Both the position numbers and the translations under genes were made by a program. A stretch of DNA of 64,000 bases, taken from the NCBI GenBank assembly GCA_030603365.1, contig JAUVXV010000002.1, forward strand, positions 288,001-352,000, in the 5' to 3' direction. The notes beneath the pieces are model-generated. The model searched no databases. It saw only the letters and a list, made by a program, of their open reading frames with translations, and was not told where the DNA came from. The DNA comes from Candidatus Heimdallarchaeota archaeon. GTDB taxonomy: Archaea > Asgardarchaeota > Heimdallarchaeia > Heimdallarchaeales > Heimdallarchaeaceae. Shown piece after piece: positions 1 to 10,199 of this stretch. Each line of letters opens with the position of its first letter. The stretch's first letter is position 1.

Positions 1-704
1 AAGACCAACTTTTGATACTTGGGATGAAGTCTACTTTTGAAAAAGCAATACCCATGATAATACATTCAGAGAAATCAGACAAGTCTGAATACAACTCAAG
101 TAAGTATGTTATCCAATGTGGTGATCTCATGCAATACGATTATGGTGTCAGTCATATGAACTTTGGAACTGACTTCAAACGGGTTGCATATGTGTTACAA
201 GAAGGAGAAAGTTCAGTACCATCTGGGATTCAGTTTGGATGGGATAGAGCTTTAGAAGCTCGCGAAGTAATTAAGCCTAATATTAGGACAGGTCAGACAG
301 CTGGTGAAACTTTAGAGAAAATTGGTCAAGCTCTTGAAAAAGCAGGATTTGAATATTTTCACCTAACAGTTGATCCAATGCTTGGTGGAGGACCAAGTTT
401 AGAACCTAAAGAAAATCAAGAATATCCTGGAAAAACAGAAGTAATGATAGATTGTCACTGTGTAGGAAACACAGGAAATAGTGAAGTTGCTTCAGGTCCC
501 TCAATTGCTGGTTTTAGACAGGATAGAGCCCATTTGATTATTAAACCAAACAATCTTTTTGCTTTCGAATTTATGGCTTACACCCCTAATCCAGACTGGG
601 ATGGTAGAAAAATTCGGTTCAATATAGAAGATAATGCGGTCGTCACTGTGAAAGGTGTTGAATGGTTGTATCCACCTAATGAACAAATTCTATTAATCAA
701 ATGA
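1..704 (+). CDS. M24 family (Xaa-Pro aminopeptidase-like) metallopeptidase, C-terminal part; probably begins before the window
   Basis: Pita-bread fold motifs: IQCGDL..D, GTDFKRVAYVL, HCVG, FEF, NIEDNAVVT..GVEWL. Confidence 0.75.
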   Translation, partial: DQLLILGMKSTFEKAIPMIIHSEKSDKSEYNSSKYVIQCGDLMQYDYGVSHMNFGTDFKRVAYVLQEGESSVPSGIQFGWDRALEAREVIKPNIRTGQTAGETLEKIGQALEKAGFEYFHLTVDPMLGGGPSLEPKENQEYPGKTEVMIDCHCVGNTGNSEVASGPSIAGFRQDRAHLIIKPNNLFAFEFMAYTPNPDWDGRKIRFNIEDNAVVTVKGVEWLYPPNEQILLIK

Positions 705-799
705 ACTTGTTATCCTAGGATGATCACATATTCTTTGTATAATTCAAACTCATGATATCTTCGATAGAAATTTATACTACACTATTTCTCCTTTTTTGA

Positions 800-1485
800 A
801 TGCTAACAGAAAAAAGAACAAAACTATTCATAAATTCCAGTTTAATCTTAGCAATTATTTCAATTGTCATTTTTATAACTGGTACATTGATTACCATGTT
901 ACTTGTTGAAAATCACGATTTTATCTATGATGTTTTCTCAGCAACAGGACATGATAACGATTATGCGTGGCTTTTCAATTCTTCATTAATTGTATCGGGT
1001 ATTCTTATGATACCATGTTTTCCAGCAATTTATTTTGTAATGAAAATGAGGATGTTCCAAAACCCAAATTACTTCTAGCACTTACTATAACAGGTGTATT
1101 AATAGGTCCGTTCATGTCTTTTGCAGGAGTGTTTAATGAAGGAGCCTTCTTTGTTACCCATCTGGTCTTTGCTGTAGGAGCATATTTCTTCGTGTTAGCA
1201 ACAGCATTCTGTTGGGGTATCTATGTTAAAGCGCTTGATAGTGATCATGTCTATAAAAGATTCAAAATATGGTATCTGGATTTAGCAGTAATTGTAATTA
1301 TAATTGGATGTATCATAGCTTATGCAATAGCAATGATATTTTTTGATCATATTATCTGGAATAATCTAGGAATTATGGAGAAAGTTACAATATATTCCTT
1401 CTTTGTATTCTTTATAACTATATTAGTAAGAATACTAATCATAGTGAATAAGCAACAAAATTGTAATGAAATACTCTCACCCTAA
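800..1485 (+). pseudogene. DUF998-like multipass membrane protein split by a frameshift (or a sequencing error)
   Basis: ORF 800-1078 (…PAIYFVMK) joins ORF 967-1485 (NEDVPKPK…) if the AAAA run at 1043-1046 had one more A. DUF998-like motifs FNSSLIVSG, GVFNE…H, MEK. Confidence 0.65.
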
Positions 1486-1584
1486 AAGATATTAATACGT
1501 GAACTGTTAATATCTAAAGTCATTGTTTGGTTTGCAGTCATTTCAAGTCTGGGTTATTCAACAATAAAAACCTATGAATTCACA

Positions 1585-2118
1585 TTGAGAAAAAGCAGAG
1601 GTTTCTTTTCTTATCAAGATATGAGAGATGCTGAATTGATTGGATTTCTTAGAGGGAGTGCATACTACCTGGCAGTATCCTTAGGTTTTTCAACCAAAGA
1701 ACAATGGACAAGTTCTCAGAATGCTGGGTTCATTACTGAAGATGATTGGATTTCAGCTCTCCAGAAAGGCTATGCAAATTCTAGTTCAAAAACTGAGATT
1801 GAAGAAATTGGTTTCTCTGACATTTTTGTTTTTAGAAATGAGCTCAGTACTAAACTTCGTAAAACTAGGTTTAGACTAAACAACCTTCTTTCTCAAATGA
1901 TAGAGTTTGATCAACTTGAAGAAACAAATTTGAAAGCAATGAATAGGTTTAGGAATCAAATTCGAAAAACTCACAATGAGTGTAGACTTCTAATTGATCA
2001 ATTGGTTCCTTTTTCAGGTATTTCCAGTGGTTTACCTGAACTTGATAAAACATTACTATCTGAATTAGAAAGAAGTGAAGCACTTCTGCAGAAAGCAAAG
2101 AGAATAATTACTGAGTAA
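1585..2118 (+). CDS. Protein with 14-aa GF repeats and a helical domain; paralogue of the cytoplasmic tail of the 10200-13844 protein. Frame is open from 1486
   Basis: GFSTKEQW…LSTKLRKTRFRLNNL aligns with GFSTQEQW…LTKQLRKYKFRLNKL. Confidence 0.65.
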   Translation: MRKSRGFFSYQDMRDAELIGFLRGSAYYLAVSLGFSTKEQWTSSQNAGFITEDDWISALQKGYANSSSKTEIEEIGFSDIFVFRNELSTKLRKTRFRLNNLLSQMIEFDQLEETNLKAMNRFRNQIRKTHNECRLLIDQLVPFSGISSGLPELDKTLLSELERSEALLQKAKRIITE

Positions 2119-2289
2119 TCTTTGATTTAAGCTTTATTTCAGTTATAAAATCGTTATTCCATAATGTTTTATTATTTACTAAAAAATACTTGTGAATAGA
2201 ATAGGTTATAACTAAAATGTTTTTAAAACTAAACTACTCCAAAAATAATGTAGGTGTTATAAATTCTATCTGGTCAGATTATTATTTCT

Positions 2290-3708
2290 TTGTGTTTCTT
2301 AGCAGTTGTTGTTCTGCTGTTCACAAATAAATTGAATAGGGCAATAGCTGCAATAACAGCTGCTATAATCACTTACTTAGTTTTAGTCTTTATTGAGGGT
2401 AAAGGATTCAGTGTAATAGTAGAATTACTTTTCGGAACCCCTGATGATCAGTTTGTAAATCTTCACACCTTAATTTTAATTATAGGTATGATGTTCATTG
2501 TTCAAATCTCTGATGAAGCTGGTCTCTTTCAATTTCTAGGAGTCTTAGCAATAAAGATAACAAAAGGAAAGTCATTAGCTCTAATGTCTGTTCTCTGTAC
2601 ACTCTCTGTTATCTTTTCTGCTTTGATAAATAATATTTTGACAGTAATGATCCTTATCCCACTTACCATCACTATTTCTCGTATCCTCAATATAAATCCA
2701 ACTCCTTATATCATCACAGAAGCTGTAATGGTCAATGTTGGTGGAACCTTCTTCTCGATTTCATCAATACCTAACATTCTCATTGTTACTGAAACAGATA
2801 TTGGTTTTAATGAATTCTTCCTTAACGTTGGTTTGTTTTCTTTGCTTATCGCTGTAGTTACAATTGGATTCTTTATCTTTCTCTATAAACAAGAATTAAA
2901 AGAACCAAGGAAAGGGATGGTTTCAACATTAGAAGAGTTTAATCCCTGGAACTTTGTACAGAATCGCAGAATGTTATATGCTTCAATGAGTTCTTTAATC
3001 GTCCTAGTAGTTCTACTAGTAGCGATAGATTCTCCAATCTTCACTTCAGATATTATTGCGTTATCAATAGCTATGATCTTAACAATCTTCAGTTCTTTCA
3101 ATGGAATAAAACCAAGAGAGATTATGACGAAGTTTGATATTGAGCTTATCCTGTATCTCTTAGGAATATTCGTTGTTGCTGGAGGACTAGAAGAAGTAGG
3201 TATAATAGATATTATAGGAAATGCTCTAAAGAATATAGGCAGTAGCAATCCTGTTTTTCAACTTATAATTATTATTTGGATCTCAGCGTCCCTTAGTTCT
3301 CTAATCGATAATATCCCAATAACCAAAGTGCTGATTCCAATAGTAGGAATAATGGAGACAGGAAACAATTACTACTATGCTTTAGCTTTCGGAGCTAACT
3401 GGGGAGATAATCTCACTCCTCTTGGAGATAATATTTTAGTTCTAAATATCGCAGAACAGAATAAACGTCCTGTGAAAATCAAAACTTTCTGGAAGATAGG
3501 ATTTACAACTGCAATTCTTCAGCTGATATTGGTAACAATTTACTTTACTTTCTTCTCTACTCAGACTTATCTAATAGGGATAATCCTAAGTATAGCGATA
3601 ATTGCGATAGTTGGAATAGTTTTTATAATTTCAAAGTATGGTAGTGAACAAGGCAAATCATACGTGAATAAAATAATCAATAATTTCAGATCAAGGATAA
3701 TAAGTTAA
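2290..3708 (+). CDS. ArsB/NhaD/SLC13 (CitMHS, P-protein-like) ion transporter
   Basis: About 12 TM segments; SALINNILT, NVGGT…SSIPNI, SSLIDNIP, GANWGDNLTPLG motifs. Confidence 0.85.
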   Translation: MCFLAVVVLLFTNKLNRAIAAITAAIITYLVLVFIEGKGFSVIVELLFGTPDDQFVNLHTLILIIGMMFIVQISDEAGLFQFLGVLAIKITKGKSLALMSVLCTLSVIFSALINNILTVMILIPLTITISRILNINPTPYIITEAVMVNVGGTFFSISSIPNILIVTETDIGFNEFFLNVGLFSLLIAVVTIGFFIFLYKQELKEPRKGMVSTLEEFNPWNFVQNRRMLYASMSSLIVLVVLLVAIDSPIFTSDIIALSIAMILTIFSSFNGIKPREIMTKFDIELILYLLGIFVVAGGLEEVGIIDIIGNALKNIGSSNPVFQLIIIIWISASLSSLIDNIPITKVLIPIVGIMETGNNYYYALAFGANWGDNLTPLGDNILVLNIAEQNKRPVKIKTFWKIGFTTAILQLILVTIYFTFFSTQTYLIGIILSIAIIAIVGIVFIISKYGSEQGKSYVNKIINNFRSRIIS

Positions 3709-3709
3709 G

Positions 3710-5404
3710 GTGAAAAAGATGGTATTGAAAACAATAGAAAGGATAAAGAGAGCACTTCCTGAGGTAGAACACATTGTCATGTTCTACAATGATGGGACAG
3801 TTTATCAAACAACTTTCGAACAATTTGAGGAGGCAGTAAATATTCCTAAAGTTGGTGAAGATCTCTCCACAATTCTTTCAACAATCCGTGACTTGTATGA
3901 TTTATCAAATTATAAGTTCAAAGGGTATAATCAACTTCTCTTTGATACTGATGATATAGACATTCTTATTATTAAAATCGGGGAAGATACTAATCTAGCC
4001 CTATTTTTCAGAAAGTCTATTGTTAAAGGAGAGCTCCAAATCGATTCTATTCGAAGATATGTCACTCAAATAGGGAGAATGATTGATATTGGTAGAATAG
4101 GTCTAATTGAACAAGAAATAAGAGCAGGTGGAAAAGAACTTAAAGCTCTTTATGTTGATTTGGAAGCGATATTAGAGAAACAAAGACAGTTACATATTCA
4201 ACTTGGCGCATCTTCTGATGATCTAAATGATTTAGAAAAAACCGAGAAAGAGATTGAGCAGATAACTATAGATATAGAAATTGGTGATCTTGAAAGAGAC
4301 AAAAAGATTGAAGAAATTACCAATCTTGAAGAAAAAATTACTTCTGAAGAAGAACGAAAAGATTTAGTAAAGAAAGAGCTCAGACTTAAGAGGACTATTA
4401 TTAAAGATTTAGAGAAAAGAATTGTAGATCGTAAAGATAAGAAATCTACACTAGCAGCAGTAACTGAGGATGAAAGGGAAGTCGATCGAATCAACGAACT
4501 TGAAATTGAAATAGAGGAATTAGTTAATCAATTGGATTCTGAAAAACTTAGACTCGAAGAGCAGAGTGATCAATTAGAACAATTGAAAGAAAAACACGAA
4601 GAAGATAAACAACGATTAGATGAAAGCAATTCAGAGAGAGTAAGAAAAGAAGAACGTATTCAAGATTTATACAAAGAACTTGAAAATAAAATGCATAAAG
4701 AGACATCCCTTCAAGACATTGTTGGAGTTAGGAAAGAAACAGATAAACTAACAGTTATTGAAGATGAAATTAAAGGACTAAATAACCAAATTACTGAGAC
4801 TAAAAAGAAACTAGAAGAGAAGGACCAAGAAATCAAGGATTTGATGGATAAGATCAAAGACATTGAAAAACAAGTAAAAGATTTCGAAAAGAGTATTCAA
4901 GATAATAAAGAGGAAATTGCTGAACTTCAAGAACAGATGAACGATGATATTAAAAAAATCGCTGATTTGAGGAAGGAACAAGAAGCTGAGGAAGACGAGA
5001 AGAAAATAAAGAAGATTGAAAAAGAAATCGAAAAGCTCGAAAAAGATAGAGATTACTGCATTGAATGTATAAAGATTGATAATGAAAAAATGGAAAAGGA
5101 CAAAGAAGATCTGAAAGAACTAATCTCTAAAATGAAAGAAGAGAAGAAATATTCTGAAAGAGCTCAAACAGAATTGGACCTTAAAGGTAAGCAATTAGAA
5201 GTATTATATAAAGAACTAGAAGCAGAATTAGAAATTCAGAAATCTCTTATAAAAGACATAGATAAAGAAGATGAGATTCGAAAAGCTAGTAAAGTTTCAA
5301 AGGAAATTACAGAACTTGAGGTTCAGATTAACAAGGTCAAGCAAGAGATAAATGCAAGAAATACTGAACTTAGCGATCTTAAGGAAAAAATAGAAGAAAA
5401 TTAG
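3710..5404 (+). CDS. Roadblock/profilin-like N-terminal domain fused to a ~430-aa coiled coil
   Basis: N-terminal VEHIVMFYNDGTVY…ILIIKIGEDTNLALF alpha/beta pattern, then E/K-rich heptads to the C-terminus. Confidence 0.65.
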   Translation: MKKMVLKTIERIKRALPEVEHIVMFYNDGTVYQTTFEQFEEAVNIPKVGEDLSTILSTIRDLYDLSNYKFKGYNQLLFDTDDIDILIIKIGEDTNLALFFRKSIVKGELQIDSIRRYVTQIGRMIDIGRIGLIEQEIRAGGKELKALYVDLEAILEKQRQLHIQLGASSDDLNDLEKTEKEIEQITIDIEIGDLERDKKIEEITNLEEKITSEEERKDLVKKELRLKRTIIKDLEKRIVDRKDKKSTLAAVTEDEREVDRINELEIEIEELVNQLDSEKLRLEEQSDQLEQLKEKHEEDKQRLDESNSERVRKEERIQDLYKELENKMHKETSLQDIVGVRKETDKLTVIEDEIKGLNNQITETKKKLEEKDQEIKDLMDKIKDIEKQVKDFEKSIQDNKEEIAELQEQMNDDIKKIADLRKEQEAEEDEKKIKKIEKEIEKLEKDRDYCIECIKIDNEKMEKDKEDLKELISKMKEEKKYSERAQTELDLKGKQLEVLYKELEAELEIQKSLIKDIDKEDEIRKASKVSKEITELEVQINKVKQEINARNTELSDLKEKIEEN

Positions 5405-5488
5405 TCAAATAATAGTCTTATTATTGTATTTGACAAATTATTATATCTTAAGATTCGTAGTTAACTTAGGAAAATGAAAACTAAGGGA
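5380..5488 (+). repeat. Imperfect ~109-bp direct repeat, copy 1 (gene end KEKIEEN*, intergenic region, MKTKG start)
   Basis: taaggaaaaaatagaagaaaattagtcaa…gtagttaacttaggaaaatgaaaactaaggga matches 7644-7751. Confidence 0.9.
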
Positions 5489-6595
5489 ATAGTAGTAATT
5501 TCAATTGTTTTAGTAAGTATTGTTACTACATTGGTAATTACATTACCCTTATTTCAGCAAGAAGATATGAGTGTAAGGTTTATTCATATAACTTCTGATG
5601 AAGATTTCTTAAAATATAATCTTCCTGGTTCAGGTACAGTCCAAGACCCCTATGTAATTGAATCTTTTAATCTAGGTTTTAAAAAGAGAAATCTCAAAGA
5701 TTATTCTCCACTCCTCTATCTCATAAATATCTCTAAAGATGTTATTATAAGAGATAATGTGTTTAATGGCAATCATATAGGAATTTTAATTATTGATGTT
5801 AACAGTAGTTCTGTTTTAATTGAAAACAATTATTTTAGTTCTAAAATTCAATGTATAGACGGTATTTGCATAAATAGTTTCTATGGGATAAAAATAGTCG
5901 ATTCAACTAGGATTATTGTTCAAAACAACGAATTTCAAGAGAGTAATTACAATGGTTATTTTTATGGTATATTTTTTGAAAGAAGTACTAATATTACTGT
6001 AATAAATAATAGAATAAGTTCTTTCTATGCCATTTATGCTCTAGAATCATTTTACTTTACTATTGAAGGAAACTACTATTTTGAATCAATTGATATTTAT
6101 TTTGAGAGATGCTCATATTTTGAAATTAGTAATAATATTCATGACTATATTTTTAGATTTAAGGTGAAATTTTCAAGTTTCATTAATTTTGAAAATAACC
6201 AAATTCTTGGATATAATAACAGTTTTGGACTAATTCTAGAAAATACTTTTGATGTTAATATAATTAATAATACATTTTATCAGAATACTGTGGGCATAAG
6301 TACTTATGATGCATATCAAGGAAAAATAATCAATAATACCTTTAAATTAAACACTAACTATGCAATAGAAGTTTTAGGAGATTCAACATTTTTTAAGATA
6401 TATCTAAATAACTTCTTAAACAACAATTTGAATTTTACTATGTTTACACAAGTGTTAGATGACGGATTCGACAATCTGTGGAATAATGAAGAAACTTTAG
6501 AAGGAAACTACTGGTCGGATATTGGAACAGGCAGTTATTATTTAATAGATGGAGATGCTGAAGCTAGAGATTATTATCCTTTGAAAGAATTTTAG
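5474..6595 (+). CDS. Membrane-anchored parallel beta-helix (NosD/CASH-like) protein
   Basis: N-terminal TM; GSGTVQDPYVIE; repeated I.NN.F/I rungs; C-terminal GNYWSD…DYYPL. Confidence 0.85.
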   Translation: MKTKGIVVISIVLVSIVTTLVITLPLFQQEDMSVRFIHITSDEDFLKYNLPGSGTVQDPYVIESFNLGFKKRNLKDYSPLLYLINISKDVIIRDNVFNGNHIGILIIDVNSSSVLIENNYFSSKIQCIDGICINSFYGIKIVDSTRIIVQNNEFQESNYNGYFYGIFFERSTNITVINNRISSFYAIYALESFYFTIEGNYYFESIDIYFERCSYFEISNNIHDYIFRFKVKFSSFINFENNQILGYNNSFGLILENTFDVNIINNTFYQNTVGISTYDAYQGKIINNTFKLNTNYAIEVLGDSTFFKIYLNNFLNNNLNFTMFTQVLDDGFDNLWNNEETLEGNYWSDIGTGSYYLIDGDAEARDYYPLKEF

Positions 6596-6780
6596 ATAGT
6601 TTAAATAAAATGTTATGGAAGGTTTATAGAATTGATGGAAAAGCGGAAGCTAATTATAGCCATTCACTTTTAGATTAATACGAGAATATTTTACAAAAAC
6701 ACAGTTTCTCTTATAACGAGGAGACAAAGGTTATCAAAGTCAACATTATAATACTAAACTATTGGTATGTTGGTGATAGA

Positions 6781-7668
6781 GTGGGTAAAGAATTAAGTTA
6801 CACAAACAAACCTCTTCTGATTTTGGGACTAATTGTCATATTATATGTGAATATTTCTAATTGGGCAATTTATCAATATATTGTCAACGTTCCCGTTATT
6901 ATTATAGATCCAATTTTTCTTTTAATAATTTTTGTAGGTGCATATTTTATTCCTAGATATATAGATCAAAAGAAGAATTATCTATTCTTTGTACGTTTAA
7001 CATATTATTTTTTGATGTTAATTCTCTTACTTCTTTGTACCCTAATTGTTTTTCTAGTCTTTATAATAGAAAGCAATTTATGGTTTGGAGTAGTAAGGAG
7101 TACAACAGTTTTTATTAGTGCTTCTACAATTTTGCTTCTATCCAAAATCAAACCAGATGTACATACAGATGAACCAAGAGATGCAAAGAACCCACTAAAA
7201 ATAATTTTCTTAAAAACTGTCATAATAATGGTTCAAATTCTCATTTTATCCATACCAATAATCTTATGGTTATTTTTGTATGTATTTAAAGTTGTCAAAG
7301 ACGAAGGAGTTTCAATTCTTATTCTATTTATAATGTTAGCACTATGTTCTGTCCCTTTTTCCTCTATGATAAGTACTATTCATCTAGTTCAAAGTAAGAA
7401 AACCCAAGAGAAAAACTATTATTGGAAAGCAAACTTGAAAAGAGCTATTCCTGTTATTTTCTTTACGATTTCATGCATTTCATTTTCTGTGGGTTCTGTA
7501 ATGTCAAAGTACCTTCAAGTAGGTTTAGACATTTCACTTGCAGTAAATATCACATTCTATTCGGTTGCAGTAATTGCATCATTCAGTTTTCTCATATTAG
7601 TTCTACTAATTCAAAAGCAATTGTTTGTATTAAAGAAAGTGAGTAAGGAAAAAATAGAAGAAAATTAG
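6781..7668 (+). CDS. Hypothetical ~8-TM membrane protein; paralogue of 8848-9765
   Basis: Hydrophobic segments; shared RYI.QKK.Y..FVR.TYYFL, SKI.P, DEGV, SKY.Q, FSFLIL….IQKQ. Confidence 0.8.
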   Translation: MGKELSYTNKPLLILGLIVILYVNISNWAIYQYIVNVPVIIIDPIFLLIIFVGAYFIPRYIDQKKNYLFFVRLTYYFLMLILLLLCTLIVFLVFIIESNLWFGVVRSTTVFISASTILLLSKIKPDVHTDEPRDAKNPLKIIFLKTVIIMVQILILSIPIILWLFLYVFKVVKDEGVSILILFIMLALCSVPFSSMISTIHLVQSKKTQEKNYYWKANLKRAIPVIFFTISCISFSVGSVMSKYLQVGLDISLAVNITFYSVAVIASFSFLILVLLIQKQLFVLKKVSKEKIEEN

Positions 7669-7751
7669 TCAACTAATTGTCTTATTTCTGTAATTGACAA
7701 ATTGTAATATCTTAAGTTTCGTAGTTAACTTAGGAAATGAAAACTAAGGGA
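7644..7751 (+). repeat. Imperfect direct repeat, copy 2
   Basis: Matches 5380-5488; its ATG at 7737 is out of frame with the ORF at 7828. Confidence 0.9.
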
Positions 7752-7827
7752 TTATTGATCGAACGTAAGCAAATCATGAATTTATTTCTACGAAAAACTT
7801 GTAAAGGTTGTTTCTATACGTTAGTGA

Positions 7828-8745
7828 ATGAACAAAGTATTGAAATGGATCTTTAAGTTTAGTTGGAATCGTGTCGCTATTTTATTTATGCTACTAATCC
7901 CTTCTTTCTTATTTCTAGGAATTCCACTAATGATCTATTTCTCAATACCTACAAATCCATTAGTTGAAAATATTATAATTATTGAAGCTGATTCAGATTT
8001 CGATAAATACAATCTAAATGGTACTGGATCAAGACAAAATCCCTTTATGATTGAAGATTTACTTCTTGGAGTAAACAGCTCTGGAATAGGAAATAGATAC
8101 TATGGTTTAGATGTTGCTAATACAACTAAATATTTTGTAGTGAGAAATTGTACTTTTTTTGGAGGAGATGATGCAATCAGAATAAGGAATATTGCACCTG
8201 GAACCTGTAAGATATTGAATAACAGCATTTATCACATATCTCAAGCAATAGTTGATTATTTCCATGGTCGTTCTGGAATTGTAATTGAGAATTCAAATGG
8301 GATTATTATCTCGGGGAATACTCTAGCAACTGCCTTTGAGAAAGATCCAGAGGAGGGATCTTCAGGAATCATAGTTAAAAATTCAAATAACACAGTAATT
8401 GAAGATAATATTCAGATACATAGAATCAATGCAGGATATTATTCTTCTGTTTTTGAAGTAATATCTTCATATAACGTTAATATTTCTAGAAATTTTATTT
8501 GGAGTTTTGATCATGGAATTTTGTATGTTTTTTGTAGTAATAGCATAATTTCAAACAATACTATCCTGTCACATGGCTCATCAATTAGACTTCACACCAG
8601 TTACAATATATCTATAGTGCACAACAGCTTCCATCTTGCAGAAGAATCAATTGATCCAATCAGTCAAATAGAATGCTATAATATCACTGATTTTGGAAAT
8701 GAGATTCATTATGATCTCCATGAATATTACAATTACGATGATTAA
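7828..8745 (+). CDS. Membrane-anchored parallel beta-helix protein; paralogue of 5474-6595
   Basis: N-terminal TM; DSDF.KYNL.G.G…NPFMIE; Asn-ladder rungs. Confidence 0.85.
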   Translation: MNKVLKWIFKFSWNRVAILFMLLIPSFLFLGIPLMIYFSIPTNPLVENIIIIEADSDFDKYNLNGTGSRQNPFMIEDLLLGVNSSGIGNRYYGLDVANTTKYFVVRNCTFFGGDDAIRIRNIAPGTCKILNNSIYHISQAIVDYFHGRSGIVIENSNGIIISGNTLATAFEKDPEEGSSGIIVKNSNNTVIEDNIQIHRINAGYYSSVFEVISSYNVNISRNFIWSFDHGILYVFCSNSIISNNTILSHGSSIRLHTSYNISIVHNSFHLAEESIDPISQIECYNITDFGNEIHYDLHEYYNYDD

Positions 8746-8847
8746 CTACAAACAGCCAATATTTTCTTAGACTATTCAACTATAGTGGAAATAAGAGGTC
8801 AAGTTCTTTGGTTCATTTATAAAAGAAAGAGAAATGTTAATTAATCA

Positions 8848-9765
8848 ATGTATCAATATTATGATATAATGAAACATATAGGAGAAATGAGTTCAGATAC
8901 AAAATACATAAATGCACCTGTTTTAGTCATAGGATTGATTTATCTAACACTATCACTTATATCTACTTGGAGTTTGTATTCACTAGTTGGGGGAGTGCCT
9001 ACTGTAGTCATTGATATTCCTCTGATCACAGTAATTGGTGCGGCGTTATTTCTTATTCTTAGGTACATCAATCAAAAGAAGGATTATTTTTACTTTGTAC
9101 GAATAACATATTACTTTTTGATTTTAATTCTCATATTCATATGTATTATCGCGATTCTATTTATCTTTGTTATAACTAATGATGAATGGTTTCTCTTTTT
9201 AAAGTATACACCAATTTTATTCGGTATTCCTACAATTTTCTTTATATCTAAAATTGATCCAAATGCAAAACTAGAAGAGTCAAAACTCATCCAATATTCG
9301 CGAAAATCAATATTCTTCAAAGTAATTTATTCGTTTATTCTCATTCTTATTTTCCTCTCACCTATAGTTGTTTGGTTAATTCTATATGCAATGCGATATG
9401 GTTCAGACGAAGGTGTAACTGCCTTTTTATTGGTCATGTTGGTTAATCAAAATGCTGTTCCCTTTATGTCTATTTGTGGAATAATCCACCTTATAAGAAA
9501 AAAGAAGTTTCCAATAGACACCAAATATCTAAAGACCAGATTAAAAACTATCATTCCCTTAGTAATAATAACTGTGAGTAGTGTATCAGTATCGTTAAGT
9601 ATTATAATCTCAAAATACTTCCAAGAAAGCTACAAAAAACTAATATCGGCTAATATAGTATTTTATTCTGTTTCAGTGGTTTCTGCATTCAGCTTTCTCA
9701 TATTAATTCTGTTTATTCAGAAGCAATTCATCTACTTAAAAAATGAGAGGAGTCTCCAGAAATGA
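8848..9765 (+). CDS. Hypothetical ~8-TM membrane protein; paralogue of 6781-7668
   Basis: Shared motifs listed for 6781-7668; true start may be a downstream ATG (8869 or 8887). Confidence 0.8.
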   Translation: MYQYYDIMKHIGEMSSDTKYINAPVLVIGLIYLTLSLISTWSLYSLVGGVPTVVIDIPLITVIGAALFLILRYINQKKDYFYFVRITYYFLILILIFICIIAILFIFVITNDEWFLFLKYTPILFGIPTIFFISKIDPNAKLEESKLIQYSRKSIFFKVIYSFILILIFLSPIVVWLILYAMRYGSDEGVTAFLLVMLVNQNAVPFMSICGIIHLIRKKKFPIDTKYLKTRLKTIIPLVIITVSSVSVSLSIIISKYFQESYKKLISANIVFYSVSVVSAFSFLILILFIQKQFIYLKNERSLQK

Positions 9766-10199
9766 AGAGAATTATTGTAAAAACTTTGTCACAATAATGT
9801 CATGATTCTGTATCAAACTAGAGATTATGAATGTTTGAGTAGAGTATAATTAGAGAAAAGAAATTTGAGAATAAGATGACATCTTCAAGTATGAATGATA
9901 GGATTGAAACCAAATGATAAAATTACTATCAATGCTGCTTCAAAAGATTATTTCAAGCATTAGACTAGATAAAATTCTAATTATTGAAATGTTGCCTGAA
10001 GACTTCAGACATTTATATGTCTTTCCCCCGCTAAACATTCGTATAATTAAATTAGAGCCCCAAGTTATATAAGTGTTTAAACCAATATTACTAGGATTAA
10101 GAAGAGAACAAGAGAACAAGACGCAGCACAAGATTTGGAGGTTAAGTGAAGATAAAATAACAATTATTCTCATTCTTTGAAGTCGCAGATGGGTCTAGA

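Noticed and set aside
3710-5404. SMC/Rad50 annotation
   Set aside because: No Walker A/B, signature, hinge or zinc-hook context
9766-10199. Minus-strand ORF 9940-10173 and plus-strand fragments (IGLKPNDKI…; IRLDKILIIE) faintly like AbrB
   Set aside because: No convincing start, broken frames and similarity too weak; at most a decayed gene
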